Counted from the whole stretch's first letter, positions 20,572 through 31,873 are shown. The stretch is DNA of 63,185 bases, filler included, from 3 parts of 3 records of this genome joined end to end with filler, not necessarily neighbours in it, one strand, 5' to 3'. Notes: a model not told the origin generated them from the sequence alone. A program made the numbers and translations.

Positions 20572-21564
20572 TTATTTTCCAATATCTTCACGATATTTTT
20601 TAACAGTATCAGCGGCGTCTGGACCTGCTGTATCGATAAATTCCTTCCACATGTCCATTGCGATTTTATCGAGATCTTCTTTCAAAGCAGACGACGGTTC
20701 TGTCACCTTAACCCCGTTGTCACGCAATTTCTTGATTTTAGTCGTGTCTTCATCCTTGCTGTTCTGCCAGAAGACCGCTTGCATTTCAGTGGCTAGTTTT
20801 TCGATAATTTGCTGGTTATTCTTGGAGAGCTTGTTCCAGGCGTCCAGGTTAACACTCACCATATTTGATGAGGATTGCCAGTTAAACCGGTTCATGTATC
20901 CCATGAATTCCCAGAACTTTCCGTCAACGCCGGATGAACTTGATGTCGTGACGCCGGCAATAACGCCCGAGGCCAGCGATGGAACCACCTCACCCCAAGG
21001 CAGTTGGAGCGGTGCTGCCCCCAGTCTTGAAAAGAAATTGTGTCCATTTTTGTCTACAACGCGAAGTTTGAATCCTTTCAAATCGTCCAGCACCTTGATC
21101 TCGTGTTTCGAGTAGACAGCCTGACCGGGCCACGGTACTAGGAACAGAGCCTTCTGGTTGTATTGTCCCTCCACCAGTTTTTTTATACCGGGCCAAAAAT
21201 ATTTATGAAGAACAGCCAATTCATCATAACCGGCCGCTATATAGGGTAGTGACTCGATGCCAAAATATTTATTTTCACCGACCTGTTGATTGAGCAGGAT
21301 GTCAGCGATGGGAACTATGCCGTCCTGAACCGCAATAAGTGCCTCAGGTCCTTTGATCCCCAGTTCACCACCCGGGTGCACAACGATGTCAACTTCGCCG
21401 TCAGTGGCCTCTTTGACTTTATCCGCAAACATTATCGCATTTTGGGTGTGGAAGTTAGCGACTGGCCAGGCGACGGACATATCCCATGTGGTGCCAGCCG
21501 CAGCAATTCCCGCCATCGTAGTGACAGCAATCAATGAAAACAAAACAGATTTTACAATTCGCAT
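20572..21564 (-). CDS. dctP: TRAP transporter substrate-binding protein
   Basis: Signal peptide, HPGGELG, DLKGFKLR and LPWGEV. Confidence 0.88.
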   Translation of the reverse strand: MRIVKSVLFSLIAVTTMAGIAAAGTTWDMSVAWPVANFHTQNAIMFADKVKEATDGEVDIVVHPGGELGIKGPEALIAVQDGIVPIADILLNQQVGENKYFGIESLPYIAAGYDELAVLHKYFWPGIKKLVEGQYNQKALFLVPWPGQAVYSKHEIKVLDDLKGFKLRVVDKNGHNFFSRLGAAPLQLPWGEVVPSLASGVIAGVTTSSSSGVDGKFWEFMGYMNRFNWQSSSNMVSVNLDAWNKLSKNNQQIIEKLATEMQAVFWQNSKDEDTTKIKKLRDNGVKVTEPSSALKEDLDKIAMDMWKEFIDTAGPDAADTVKKYREDIGK

Positions 21565-21959
21565 TACTTTTTCTCCTTTCGTTTGGGTTATTGACGGTTG
21601 GAACAAATTGATTTTTCCAAATTATCTTCCCATTTATTCAAATATGCTTTTTTCAAAAGGCATATGAACTGCTTGATCCGATGAAATTATGTATTTACAA
21701 AGTATTGTACTAAAATTTTCCAAATGAATAGTTGATGTTTTTAAAACTTTACATTTATCCTGCTGCTGACAACCACTTAAAATTAATCATGTTCTTTCAC
21801 GATAGAGAGATAGTTGAGCATTCGAATTTATTCTGTCTCTATGTTGGTAAAATTTAGAAAGCTTAGTCTACTATATTGAGGCTCTAGAATTTGCACTCCC
21901 TGGCGAATATAATTGCTTCTAACAACTTCATGCATACGCGTATGAAACTTACTGTTTAA

Positions 21960-22351
21960 TTAATTCATGACATAAAGGTCTTTATTAGATACCATTTCAT
22001 TCATCTCCGAATTGATGGTACGCAACGATTGAAGCACTTCTTCATTACTAGATTCCACTGCCATCATATCTGCGACTCGCCATGCTGCCATAGCCGCCTC
22101 AAATAGATGATTTGTATTTTCAATTGTTATCGGACTGACATTGAAACCCCGACCGTGTTTTGTAACCAGACGACTTGTTGTCAAGCTGATAAGAGCCTCA
22201 CGGAAGGAGTACGCACGATAGAGAGTTCTTCCCCCAGTTCCATCTCGTCCACCGCAGAGCCAGGCTCGAGCTCAAGGGTAAGGATTAGATCTTGAATCTT
22301 TTGATGAGCAACAGCACTAAGAGCCTGCTTGTTCTTATGCTGTGCTGGCAT
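21960..22351 (-). pseudogene. frameshifted, truncated GntR-family regulator
   Basis: ATG at 22351 gives MPAQHKNKQALSAVAHQKIQDLILTLELEPGSAVDEMELGEELSIVRTP. After a 1-nt shift near 22205 the sequence continues REALISLTTSRLVTKHGRGFNVSPI. The FCD domain is cut short. Confidence 0.72.
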
Positions 22352-22489
22352 GTGATCCCAATCAGCATTGAGTAGATTTTCTGCATACTGAATATATACT
22401 ATATATAATATATTGTATATATATTAATATCAACCATATTTTACCCAGCACAAAAAAGAGATATCGTTTTTATTGCGAAGCCTAGGGTT

Positions 22490-23040
22490 TAATACTCTGC
22501 CGCTTGCGGCGTGTAAGTAGTTGTAGTACGAATAAGTTCATGGGAGAACTTGTTTGCAAGAGTTGTAACATATCGATATTGATGTACCATTTCGTATGCG
22601 TAGCGAAATATCGAAGATTTGTAATAAGTGATGAGGTTGATCAGGTATTGCGTGAAGTATGCGAAGAGATCTCTGAGCGATATGAGATGAGATTTTTGGA
22701 GATAAGAACGGATGGAGATCATGTCCACTTTCTCATCTAATCGGTGCATCGTATAGTCCGATCCAAATAGTGAGAAACCTGAAGAGCATAACGGGCCGAG
22801 AAAAATTTTCCAGGGTGCCTGAAGAAAAGAAGCAGTTGTGGGGAGGCGAGTTTTGGACTAACGGCTATTTTGCATCGACGGTAGGTGAACATGTGAACGA
22901 GGACGTTATCCGTGCCTATATACAAAAGCATGGCGATACTGAGGATTATAATCAGTTGCATAAAGAAGAAATAAGCCACAAGCAATTAACGTTGTTCTAA
23001 ATGTTTTCCAATACCCCGTTGCTTGCTGCGGGGTATTTTA
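22490..23040 (+). mobile_element. tnpA: decayed IS200/IS605-family element (tnpA pseudogene)
   Basis: YHFVCVAKYRR, DHVHFL then an in-frame TAA (22738-22740), later LWGGEFWTNGYF..YIQ. Hairpins gccgcttgcggc (left) and aataccccg...cggggtatt (23010-23037). Confidence 0.85.
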
Positions 23041-23455
23041 TTGGTTTGTAACCGTTTAGTGACCTGCCCATTGAAAAAAATGAGCCGTGCCAAATTTGTA
23101 AAAAATTTACTCTCCTCTGTGCAGCAAGTGGTTACGAATAGCCACTGTCAGGTTTATTGAAGAAGACAAATTCAATGTGAAATTTATAATTAAGATCGAT
23201 TTCAAGCGCAGATCTACAAAGACCGTTCGATTCTTTTGTATTTGCTGACAGGTCTGAGTTTGACTGGCCGGCCGTTGGGCGTATCTCATCCAAGGCTTAA
23301 ATGCGTTCTGTCGTTAAGATAATATTCAAAATACGCACAAAGAATGTTATTTGGGGACTTTGGTTCAAGATGATGACATCGTCTGTACATCCTCGCCTAA
23401 CCGAGCCGCTTCCTCGTGACAAAAATCACCACCCACATCTCTTCAGGATGGACCC

Positions 23456-24484
23456 TTACCGACAGGCATTTATCAGATCCTTCAGTACGGCAGCAGCAGC
23501 CCCAATTGGGGAACTCTTTCCTCCCATAACGGTTATACTGCCCATGGTGTCCGTCATATAGGTAATAGCTTTCTCTGATCCGTTCACCAGTGCAAGCGGG
23601 TGTGTTTCATCGATAACCTTCGGGCCGACGCTCAGTTTCACATTGCCATCAACCACTTCAGCGGTGCCGATTAGCTTGATAACCTTGCCATTTTTGGTAG
23701 CATTTTCTATCTCTTCAGGTGTAATCTCTGTAATGCCTTCGACAGTGATGTCAGCCAGACCGTAGGTTTTGCCGAAAACGCTATTGGCGATAAGAACCGT
23801 TTTGTTGGCAGTGTCTTTTCCTTCGACATCATAGCTGGGATCGGTTTCGGCTATACCAAGTTCCTGGGCTGCCTTTAATGCGACATCATATGCTGTGTTT
23901 TTGTTTCTCATTTCAGAAAGTATATAATTGGTCGTTCCATTCAGTATACCTTCCGCAGAGCTTACACGTGTTCCTGCCAGGCAAGTCAGGCCAACATCGA
24001 GTGTCGGGAGGGCAGCAGCCGTGGCTGCACTGATATGCAGACCGCAACCTTTTTTCCGTGCTTTTCTAAATACCTCGTCATAGAACAGGACAAAAGGCCC
24101 CTTGTTCGCACTCACAATTTCCATGCCCCTGTCGATAGCAGCAAACACGTGATCCTTCCCTCGACCGCCATCGATAAGATCAGTGGGTGTAGCTTCCACC
24201 ATGACATCACCATCCACTTGAGCTATAACTTCTACTCCAGAAACCCCATCTTTACCATAGGTTGGAAAGGTTTGTACCTGATTGCCACGTTTCAGGAAGT
24301 CGACAAGCTCTGAAACGGGCAGGCCTTTTTCTGAAATAGCCGCACCAAGATAGTCTACTGCGGCAAGCACGACAAGTTCCAGCTCATACTTTTCTTTCAG
24401 TTCTTTGCTTCGATCGGCAATGAGCTGCAAGAATTCTTTACCTACGCCCCCGCAGCCACACAGAATAATATTTATTGTCTTCAT
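23456..24484 (-). CDS. hom: homoserine dehydrogenase (short, ACT-less type)
   Basis: GCGGVG, SANKGP, GILNGTTNYIL and AETDPSYDVEGKDTANK. Confidence 0.9.
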   Translation of the reverse strand: MKTINIILCGCGGVGKEFLQLIADRSKELKEKYELELVVLAAVDYLGAAISEKGLPVSELVDFLKRGNQVQTFPTYGKDGVSGVEVIAQVDGDVMVEATPTDLIDGGRGKDHVFAAIDRGMEIVSANKGPFVLFYDEVFRKARKKGCGLHISAATAAALPTLDVGLTCLAGTRVSSAEGILNGTTNYILSEMRNKNTAYDVALKAAQELGIAETDPSYDVEGKDTANKTVLIANSVFGKTYGLADITVEGITEITPEEIENATKNGKVIKLIGTAEVVDGNVKLSVGPKVIDETHPLALVNGSEKAITYMTDTMGSITVMGGKSSPIGAAAAVLKDLINACR

Positions 24485-24802
24485 TATAAATTCCCATTCA
24501 AATCAAACTTTCAATAATCATCTATACCCGGAACAACTTCTACGTAATTCCTAACACCAGTAAACGGTAAACAGGTAGTAAGGCCCTATATCCATCTTTG
24601 AACTTCCTCTTCAATAAAAACAGCAACAGGGCTAAACGGAGGGAAAATTTAGCAGTTGCTGAATCACATTATTAGTCACCTGAGCCAGAAGATATGTTTT
24701 CCAACTACCGTATTACTCTCTTTTCTCACTCAAATAGATCATTGTAGGTCGCACTTTCCTCGTTTCCCTTTATTGATTTTCAAAAGCTACTAATTAGTAA
24801 TT

Positions 24803-26446
24803 CTACGTCCTTCTAAGAACACGACCAGGGAATTCGCCAGTATGCCTTTCCCCTTCAACGACAATAGTTCCGTTGTTTATCACATAATGGATTCCTAATG
24901 GGTATTGATGCGGATTTTCGATAGTCGCTTGGTCGATGATTGAGTCTGGATCGAAGAGCATGATGTCGGCCCACATCCCCTTAGAAAGGCACCCGCGGTC
25001 TTTTATCCCCATGTGCTGGGCCGGTAGCGAGGTCATTTTGCGCACCGCCTCATGCCAGGAAAACAGCCTGCGCTCACGCACGTATTGCCCGAGAATACGC
25101 GGAAACGTCCCATAGCTGCGGGGATGGGGTTTACCCTGACCAAGGAGGCCATAGGGTGCCAATGCGTATCCGTCGGAACCGAAAATAGTCGCCGGATTTC
25201 TTAACACTCTCTGCAAGTAGGTATCATCAAGTTCAATGACGTCCGGAATCACGACAGGAACATCCCCACTTTCTTCGACCAGAAGGTCGAAAACAAAATT
25301 CAATGGATCCTGTCCGGTTTTCCTGGCCGCATTGATAGATTTTCCTGCCAATCCATGGTTTTTCTCTAATTGGCATTCGCAAATAATTATATTATCCCAT
25401 ACTTTGGGGCCCAAATCGCGGACATAGCTCTGGTAGCCAGGCAATAAACTGGGCTCAAGCATTTCTCGCACAATCTGACGTCGCAAGGTATAATCCTGAA
25501 GGCGCTTCACCAAGGCCAGACTACCGCCTTCATGAACCCAGTGGGGCAAAAACATAGCCAACCCGCCCTGTCCCACTTGATAGGGATACATATCGAGAGT
25601 CACATCCACCCCTCGGGCGATAGCTTCTTCCACCATCTGCAACGTAACCATCACCTTGGGCGCATTGGCGTCCCCCATCCCCTTATGGTGAAGGATATGC
25701 AACGGGGAGCCAGCAGATTCAGAAACGTGAATCATTTCCTGTACCGCTGCAATAAGAGTTTCCCCCTGGCCGCGAATATGAGAATGATGTACACAGTTGT
25801 TCTCAGCCACAACGTTAAGAAGTTCAATCAGTTCCGTTTGGTCGGCAAAGTATCCGGGAGGATATATCAACCCTGTGCTCATCCCCCAGGCACCAGCATC
25901 TAAAGATTCCTGAAGGACCCGCTTCATGGTCGCCATCGCTTCAGGCGATGGACAGCCTTTTTCATATGCCATACCGGCTGCTCGGATATTGCAGTGTCCT
26001 GCCATTGCAACCAAATTCACACTGAGACCAATACTTTCGATTTTCGAGAGATACTCTTCCATGGTCTCCCAAGCGTATTCAATTTTTCCTGGAAAAATCG
26101 ATGAGGCCGGACGATAATCGTTATAAATGGGCGCGGCCGACATCCCGCAGTTCCCTACCACGACAGTCGTAATCCCTTGGCGAATGCTACTCTCTGCCTT
26201 TGGATTCTCCAGTAAGTAAAGGTCCGAATGGCTGTGTACATCAATTATACCCGGCATAACCATAAGATCGGTCGCGTCAATCGTTTGCAGTGCATCACCA
26301 TCTAGGTTATTTTCAACTGCTGCAATGCGGCCATCCTTGATGCCAATGTCCAGTTCAAGCCAGGGACGAAAAGGGGTAGGGTCGCCGTTTCCATCCAATA
26401 CTTTCCCATTTTTTATAAGAATATCAAATTCCATTGTGATCCTCAC
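24803..26446 (-). CDS. N-acyl-D-amino-acid deacylase family amidohydrolase
   Basis: PGIIDVHSHSD, GNCGMS, STGLIYPPG, GSDG and HPRSYGTFPR. Confidence 0.9.
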   Translation of the reverse strand: MRITMEFDILIKNGKVLDGNGDPTPFRPWLELDIGIKDGRIAAVENNLDGDALQTIDATDLMVMPGIIDVHSHSDLYLLENPKAESSIRQGITTVVVGNCGMSAAPIYNDYRPASSIFPGKIEYAWETMEEYLSKIESIGLSVNLVAMAGHCNIRAAGMAYEKGCPSPEAMATMKRVLQESLDAGAWGMSTGLIYPPGYFADQTELIELLNVVAENNCVHHSHIRGQGETLIAAVQEMIHVSESAGSPLHILHHKGMGDANAPKVMVTLQMVEEAIARGVDVTLDMYPYQVGQGGLAMFLPHWVHEGGSLALVKRLQDYTLRRQIVREMLEPSLLPGYQSYVRDLGPKVWDNIIICECQLEKNHGLAGKSINAARKTGQDPLNFVFDLLVEESGDVPVVIPDVIELDDTYLQRVLRNPATIFGSDGYALAPYGLLGQGKPHPRSYGTFPRILGQYVRERRLFSWHEAVRKMTSLPAQHMGIKDRGCLSKGMWADIMLFDPDSIIDQATIENPHQYPLGIHYVINNGTIVVEGERHTGEFPGRVLRRT

Positions 26447-26476
26447 TTGTTATAGTCGTTAGACTCAATAAAATTA

Positions 26477-27211
26477 GGGGCTAGACTAGTTGAGCGTACG
26501 TGAATGTGTGCTAAACTGCGTCATGCCAGCAAAAAACAAGTACATAAATCGTTCAAGGATTACTGAGGCTTAATTCAGAGAGCTAGTCAGCTATTTTTCT
26601 CTGGATCTGGATGCTCAGAAAATCGCTATAATCACTCGGTTAAACAGAAATACCGTTAACCGGTATATTGCTCTGTTTCGAAAACGTATCGCTGAAATTT
26701 GCGAAACAGAGACTCCATTTCAAGGAGTTGTTGAAGTTGACGAATCCAATTTTGGTGCAAAGATGTTTCGTGGTAAACGAGGTAGAGGTACAGCTGGGAT
26801 AATCCCAGTTTTGGGAATCCTTCAACGTCAAGGGACAGTTTATGCTGAGATAGTTCCGGATTGCGCACAAGCTACGTTGCAGGCTATTATCCGCGGTAAA
26901 GTGTCTCCAGGTAGTGCGCTTCATTCTGATGGCTGGAGAGGTTATAACGGCCTGGGTGATATTGGCTATAAGAAACATTACAGAGTCCACCATGGTGCCA
27001 ATGAATTTGCACGTGGTAAGAAGCATATTAACGGTATTGAGTCTTTTGGGGCTTTTGCCAAAACGCGGATAGCAAAATTTAATGGGTTTTCTAAAGAGAC
27101 GTTTTATTATCATTTCAAAGAGTGTGAATTTAGGTTCAATCGTCGAGAACAGGATCTTTCTTTGTCGCTCTTGAAAATGTTTAGAGATTAACTGCTCAAC
27201 TAGCCTAGCCC
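26477..27211 (+). mobile_element. IS1595-family insertion sequence, transposase with premature stop
   Basis: TIRs ggggctagactagttgagc / gctcaactagcctagccc and an 8-bp TSD taaaatta (26469-26476, 27212-27219). Transposase 26523-27191 has VEVDES, HSDGW and HINGIESF, with an in-frame TAA at 26571-26573. Confidence 0.92.
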
Positions 27212-27476
27212 TAAAATTAAATTTCAAGCACATTAAGAACTGGTTTGAGGACTGTCCGGATTTTTAGTTTGTGATTTTTATCCAGTGATATGGCACTCAA
27301 CCCAGGAGATACTACAGTAAAGTATGCACTGTTTTACTTGCACTGTTGTCTGTCTACAACCACCCAGATTTTTTTATACTCTAAATGAGTTTTTCCTTAA
27401 AATTGATCGATTTCTGACACAATTCTACAAGGGTTGTATCTGCCTTTATTTATAATTGGAGTCACCATCAATGTTT

Positions 27477-28158
27477 TCATTTTACATTCCCCATATCCGT
27501 CTGCACTGACGTTATAATGTCATCAAACACACTGAGAAAATAATCAATGTGATGACGTTCAATAATGAGTGGCGGTGTCAACCGTATGGTCGATTTTCCG
27601 TAAAGAGTTATCAGAATGCCTTTCTCCAAAAGGAGATCTTTAATCCGTAAAGCAGTCGATGGATCAGGTGTACCGTCAACTGGTCTTATTATTTCTATAC
27701 CGATTAAAAAGCCCTTCCCACGAACATCACCAATAAGTGGTTGATCTTTCATTAAATCATTGAGTTGCGCAATAAAATATTCTCCATTAACTTTTACTTT
27801 TTGGCAGATATTCTCTTCTTCAATTACTTTTATGGTCGCCAATGCGGCTGCACTAGCAAGAATATTCCCGCCAAGCGATGAAGAAAAATCCTTAAAAGCA
27901 AAGGTCTCAGCCACCGTTTGGCTGACAGTAATCGCACCCAATGGCAACCCTCCACCCAGCGCTTTTCCCATAACCATGATATCAGGGTCAAGGTTAAACT
28001 GCTCGCTGGCAAACATCGTCCCGGTACGGCCAAAGCCAGTGAGGGTTTCATCAATGACCAGGGCAATATCGTGTTTTTTACAGATTGATGTTATTTTTTC
28101 GAAATAACCATGGGGTGGCACTATCACTCCTACATCCCCAAAAATTGGTTCAAAAAAA
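27477..28158 (-). CDS. class III PLP-dependent aminotransferase (5' end lost at contig edge)
   Basis: EPIFGDVG, IDETLTGFGRTG, PDIMVMGKALGGG and DVRGKG. Confidence 0.88.
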
Positions 28159-28258
28159 NNNNNNNNNNNNNNNNNNNNNNNNNNNNNNNNNNNNNNNNNN
28201 NNTTAATTAATTAANNNNNNNNNNNNNNNNNNNNNNNNNNNNNNNNNNNNNNNNNNNN
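28159..28258. other. artificial contig linker (N run with TTAATTAATTAA spacer)
   Basis: Ns flank a six-frame-stop spacer; composition and gene content change abruptly across it. Confidence 0.97.
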
Positions 28259-29207
28259 CGTTGACTGCCCAGGTCACGCTGACTACGTTAAAAATATGAT
28301 TACTGGTGCTGCTCAAATGGATGGAGCGATCTTAGTTGTATCTGCAGCTGATGGTCCTATGCCTCAAACAAGAGAACATATCTTACTTGCTGGTCAAGTT
28401 GGTGTACCTAAAATGGTTGTTTTCTTAAACAAATGCGACATGGTTGATGACGAAGAGTTATTAGACTTAGTTGAAATGGAAGTTCGTGAATTATTATCAG
28501 AATATAACTTCCCTGGTGATGATATTCCTGTGATCCGTGGATCTGCACTTGGTGCAATCAATGGTGAAGACAAATGGGTTGATGCAGTAACTGAATTAAT
28601 GGAAGCTGTAGATACTTATATTGATACACCAGTACGTGAAACTGACAAACCATTCATGATGCCAGTTGAAGATGTATTTACAATTACAGGTCGTGGTACA
28701 GTTGCTACTGGACGTGTTGAACGTGGACAATTAAAAGTTGGTGATCCAATTGAAATCGTTGGTATTACTGAAACTCAACAAACTGTTGTAACAGGTGTTG
28801 AAATGTTTAGAAAATTATTAGACTATGCTGAAGCTGGAGACAACATCGGTGCATTACTTCGTGGTGTAAGCCGTGACCAAGTTGAACGTGGACAAGTATT
28901 AGCTAAACCTAAATCAATTACACCACACAGCAAATTCTCTGCTCAAGTTTATGTATTATCAAAAGAAGAAGGTGGACGTCACACTGCATTCTTCTCAAAC
29001 TATAGACCACAATTCTATTTCACAACTACTGATATTACAGGTGTAATTACACTTGAAGAAGGTACTGAAATGGTTATGCCTGGTGATAATACAACAATGA
29101 TCGTTGACTTAATTCACCCAATCGCTTTAGAAGAAGGAACTAAGTTCTCTATTCGTGAAGGTGGACGTACTGTTGGTGCTGGTTCAGTAACTAAAATTAT
29201 TGAATAG
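28259..29207 (+). CDS. tuf: elongation factor Tu (5' partial)
   Basis: [26 protein letters not shown] and [10 protein letters not shown]. Confidence 0.99.
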
Positions 29208-29229
29208 TATTAAACACAAACTTATGAAT

Positions 29230-29259
29230 AAACAGATTCCATATGGAGTCTGTTTTTTT
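29230..29259 (+). terminator. intrinsic terminator after tuf
   Basis: aaacagattcc-atat-ggagtctgttttttt hairpin followed by a U-tract. Confidence 0.8.
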
Positions 29260-29343
29260 ATTGACTGCATTGAATGTGTAAAATAGTGAAATGACAACGA
29301 AAGCGATATGGATTGTGTTAAAATAGATAATAAGGAGTTCTAT

Positions 29344-30120
29344 ATGATGATTGATACACATTGCCATTTAAATATTGAAGAGTTTGAACATGACTATAAA
29401 GATACCATTACTCGTGCTAAAGATAGTGGTGTTAAGCAAATGATTGTGATTGGTATTGATCCCAAAAGCAATCAAAAAGCTATTGATATTGCTGAAGCAT
29501 ATGATTGTATTTATGCAACTGTAGGTATTCATCCAGGTGTAGTTGATGACTATGGGGTGGATGGATTAAAGGCTTTACTAAGTCATAAAAAGGTTGTAGC
29601 ACTAGGTGAGATTGGACTTGATTTTTATTGGCGTGATGATAATAAAGATAGGCAAATTGAAGTTTTTAGAAAACAATTGGATATGGCTGTTTCACTTGGT
29701 TTACCGGTGGTCATTCATACAAGAAACTCATTTACTGAAGCGTATGAAATAGTAAAACCTTATCAAGGGAAAATTAAAGGTGTGTTTCATTGCTTTTCTT
29801 CAAATCTAGAAGATGCAAAAAAAGCTGTTGATTTAGGTTTCTATGTCGGTATTGATGGGCCCGTCACATTTAAAAATGCAAAAGATATTAAAGAAATAGC
29901 AAAAGAAATAGCACTTGAATCTTTATTAATAGAAACTGATAGTCCTTATTTATCACCTCATCCATTTAGAGGAAAAAGAAATGAACCAAGCAGATTGCAT
30001 TTGATTGCTCAAGCAATTGCAAATATTAAAGAGATAAGTGTTGATGATGTTGTTAAACAGACAACCATGAATGCTATAAACTTATTTAAGTTAGGAGATA
30101 AACACGATGAGAATATATAA
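29344..30120 (+). CDS. tatD: TatD family hydrolase
   Basis: IDTHCHL, GIHP, GEIGLD, IHTR, FHCF and ETDSPYL. Confidence 0.93.
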   Translation: MMIDTHCHLNIEEFEHDYKDTITRAKDSGVKQMIVIGIDPKSNQKAIDIAEAYDCIYATVGIHPGVVDDYGVDGLKALLSHKKVVALGEIGLDFYWRDDNKDRQIEVFRKQLDMAVSLGLPVVIHTRNSFTEAYEIVKPYQGKIKGVFHCFSSNLEDAKKAVDLGFYVGIDGPVTFKNAKDIKEIAKEIALESLLIETDSPYLSPHPFRGKRNEPSRLHLIAQAIANIKEISVDDVVKQTTMNAINLFKLGDKHDENI

Positions 30121-31873
30121 AAAACTATTATTTGTTGTCATGATGATGACAATATCAACATTATTGATATCATGCCATTGGGGTATAGAAGCTGAAACAG
30201 ATTATGAATCACCATCTACTTATGAGACCAATCGAATTGATATGATTGAAACAGTTAAAGATAGTGTGGTTGTTATAGAGACTTTTGAAGATTATGGATC
30301 AGGTATAATTTTTAATGTTGAAACGCTATCTGATACCAAAGAATATGCTGTACTAACAGCTTATGATAATCTTGATTTTGAAGATCAAGCATTAATGTCT
30401 ATTGAATTAGAAAATGGCGATACATATGGTGTAAGTCGTGTACTTGGAAATCAAGATTATGAAATAGGTATTGCATATTTCCAAACAAATGATACACTTG
30501 ATGTTTATGAAATTGATCAATTAGATGGACAAACAACCGTCCCGATGACACAAGGTATTGATGTTTATGAAATAGGAACACCTTATCAAAAATCTATGTT
30601 TAATTATGTGTCTGAAGGTATTTTAGGTTTAACAAGTTATACATATAATGATATTGAAGATTTAGTGTTTATGCATAGTGCTGAATCTAACCCTGGTATG
30701 GAAGGTGCACCCGTATTTAATTTAAATGGAGAATTATTAGGATTATATATTGATAAACTATATTTAAGTGATGAAACTGATGAAGGTGTACCTTTAGAAG
30801 GTATGAATTTTGCACTTAGTATGAATGTATTAGCAAGTCATATTTTAGCATTAGATAGCTCACTTACATTAGTTGACCACACACCATCTATTATCAATCT
30901 TCAAGCAGAAGATCAAACGTATAATGATTTGGTGGTTGAGATGATTGAAGATGTTAGTCCTGCAGTCGTGTCAGTCGTAGGTTCAGGTGGTCTTGGGTCA
31001 GGTATTATTTATGATGTTAAAACATTAGATAATGGTATGTTTCAGTATTATGCTCTCACAAATAACCATGTTGTTGACGATAGTGAAGAAATAAAAATAA
31101 GATTTGATGAAGCTGAATCTCAAATTGCAGTCACTGATTATCAAACATCTGAAGCATATGATATAGCTGTACTACGAATTGTTACTGATGAAGTATTACC
31201 TGTATATGATATTCCACCGATTACATCGTCCGCATATGTTGATATTATTCAAGGTCAAGATGTGTTCGCGATTGGTTCACCATATTCACAAACATTTCAT
31301 AACTATGTCACTCAAGGTGTTGTGAGTAAAGATGCATTCACATATAGAGGCATCTATCAGTTAGGTATCGTTCACGATGCTGAAATTAATCCTGGAAATA
31401 GTGGGGGACCACTATTTAATCTTAATGGTGATGTCATTGGGATAAATGTTGCCAAAATGGTAAATATATATGTTGATAGTGAAGAATACTTATTAGAAGG
31501 TATGAACTACAGTTTAAATATAAATGTGATTTCACAAGTAGTTAATGGATTTAGTGAAGATGCATATACAGAAGTCGTAAGAAGTCCTAAGATTGGTGTT
31601 ACAGCGACTGATTATTCATCAGAATTTGAGGTTTTCCCACCTTCATATACATACGGTGTTTATGTCATTGATTTTGATTATACAAGAACATCTTATGAAG
31701 TGTTATTATTAGAAGATTTAATTATTGGTGCAAATGGCACAACCATTTATGCTATTACAGATCTTGCAGGAGTCTTAGATGGTAAAGATTTTGGTGATGT
31801 TATTACACTTGATATCGTTAGAATGATTGATGGCCAAGCTGTTGAGATGACCATCAATATTACATTATCATGA
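30107..31873 (+). CDS. HtrA-like lipoprotein: degenerate trypsin domain + intact trypsin domain + PDZ-like domain
   Basis: Lipobox LLISC. Domain 2 has TNNHVV/DIAV/INPGNSGGP; domain 1 has TAYDNL/EIGI/SNPGMEGAP. Confidence 0.82.
   Translation: MRIYKKLLFVVMMMTISTLLISCHWGIEAETDYESPSTYETNRIDMIETVKDSVVVIETFEDYGSGIIFNVETLSDTKEYAVLTAYDNLDFEDQALMSIELENGDTYGVSRVLGNQDYEIGIAYFQTNDTLDVYEIDQLDGQTTVPMTQGIDVYEIGTPYQKSMFNYVSEGILGLTSYTYNDIEDLVFMHSAESNPGMEGAPVFNLNGELLGLYIDKLYLSDETDEGVPLEGMNFALSMNVLASHILALDSSLTLVDHTPSIINLQAEDQTYNDLVVEMIEDVSPAVVSVVGSGGLGSGIIYDVKTLDNGMFQYYALTNNHVVDDSEEIKIRFDEAESQIAVTDYQTSEAYDIAVLRIVTDEVLPVYDIPPITSSAYVDIIQGQDVFAIGSPYSQTFHNYVTQGVVSKDAFTYRGIYQLGIVHDAEINPGNSGGPLFNLNGDVIGINVAKMVNIYVDSEEYLLEGMNYSLNINVISQVVNGFSEDAYTEVVRSPKIGVTATDYSSEFEVFPPSYTYGVYVIDFDYTRTSYEVLLLEDLIIGANGTTIYAITDLAGVLDGKDFGDVITLDIVRMIDGQAVEMTINITLS

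Noticed and set aside
26640-27233. 197-aa minus-strand ORF
   Set aside because: Antisense shadow of the IS1595 transposase.
28203-28214. TTAATTAATTAA palindrome (repeated at 57602-57613)
   Set aside because: Embedded in N runs; an artificial contig spacer, not biological.
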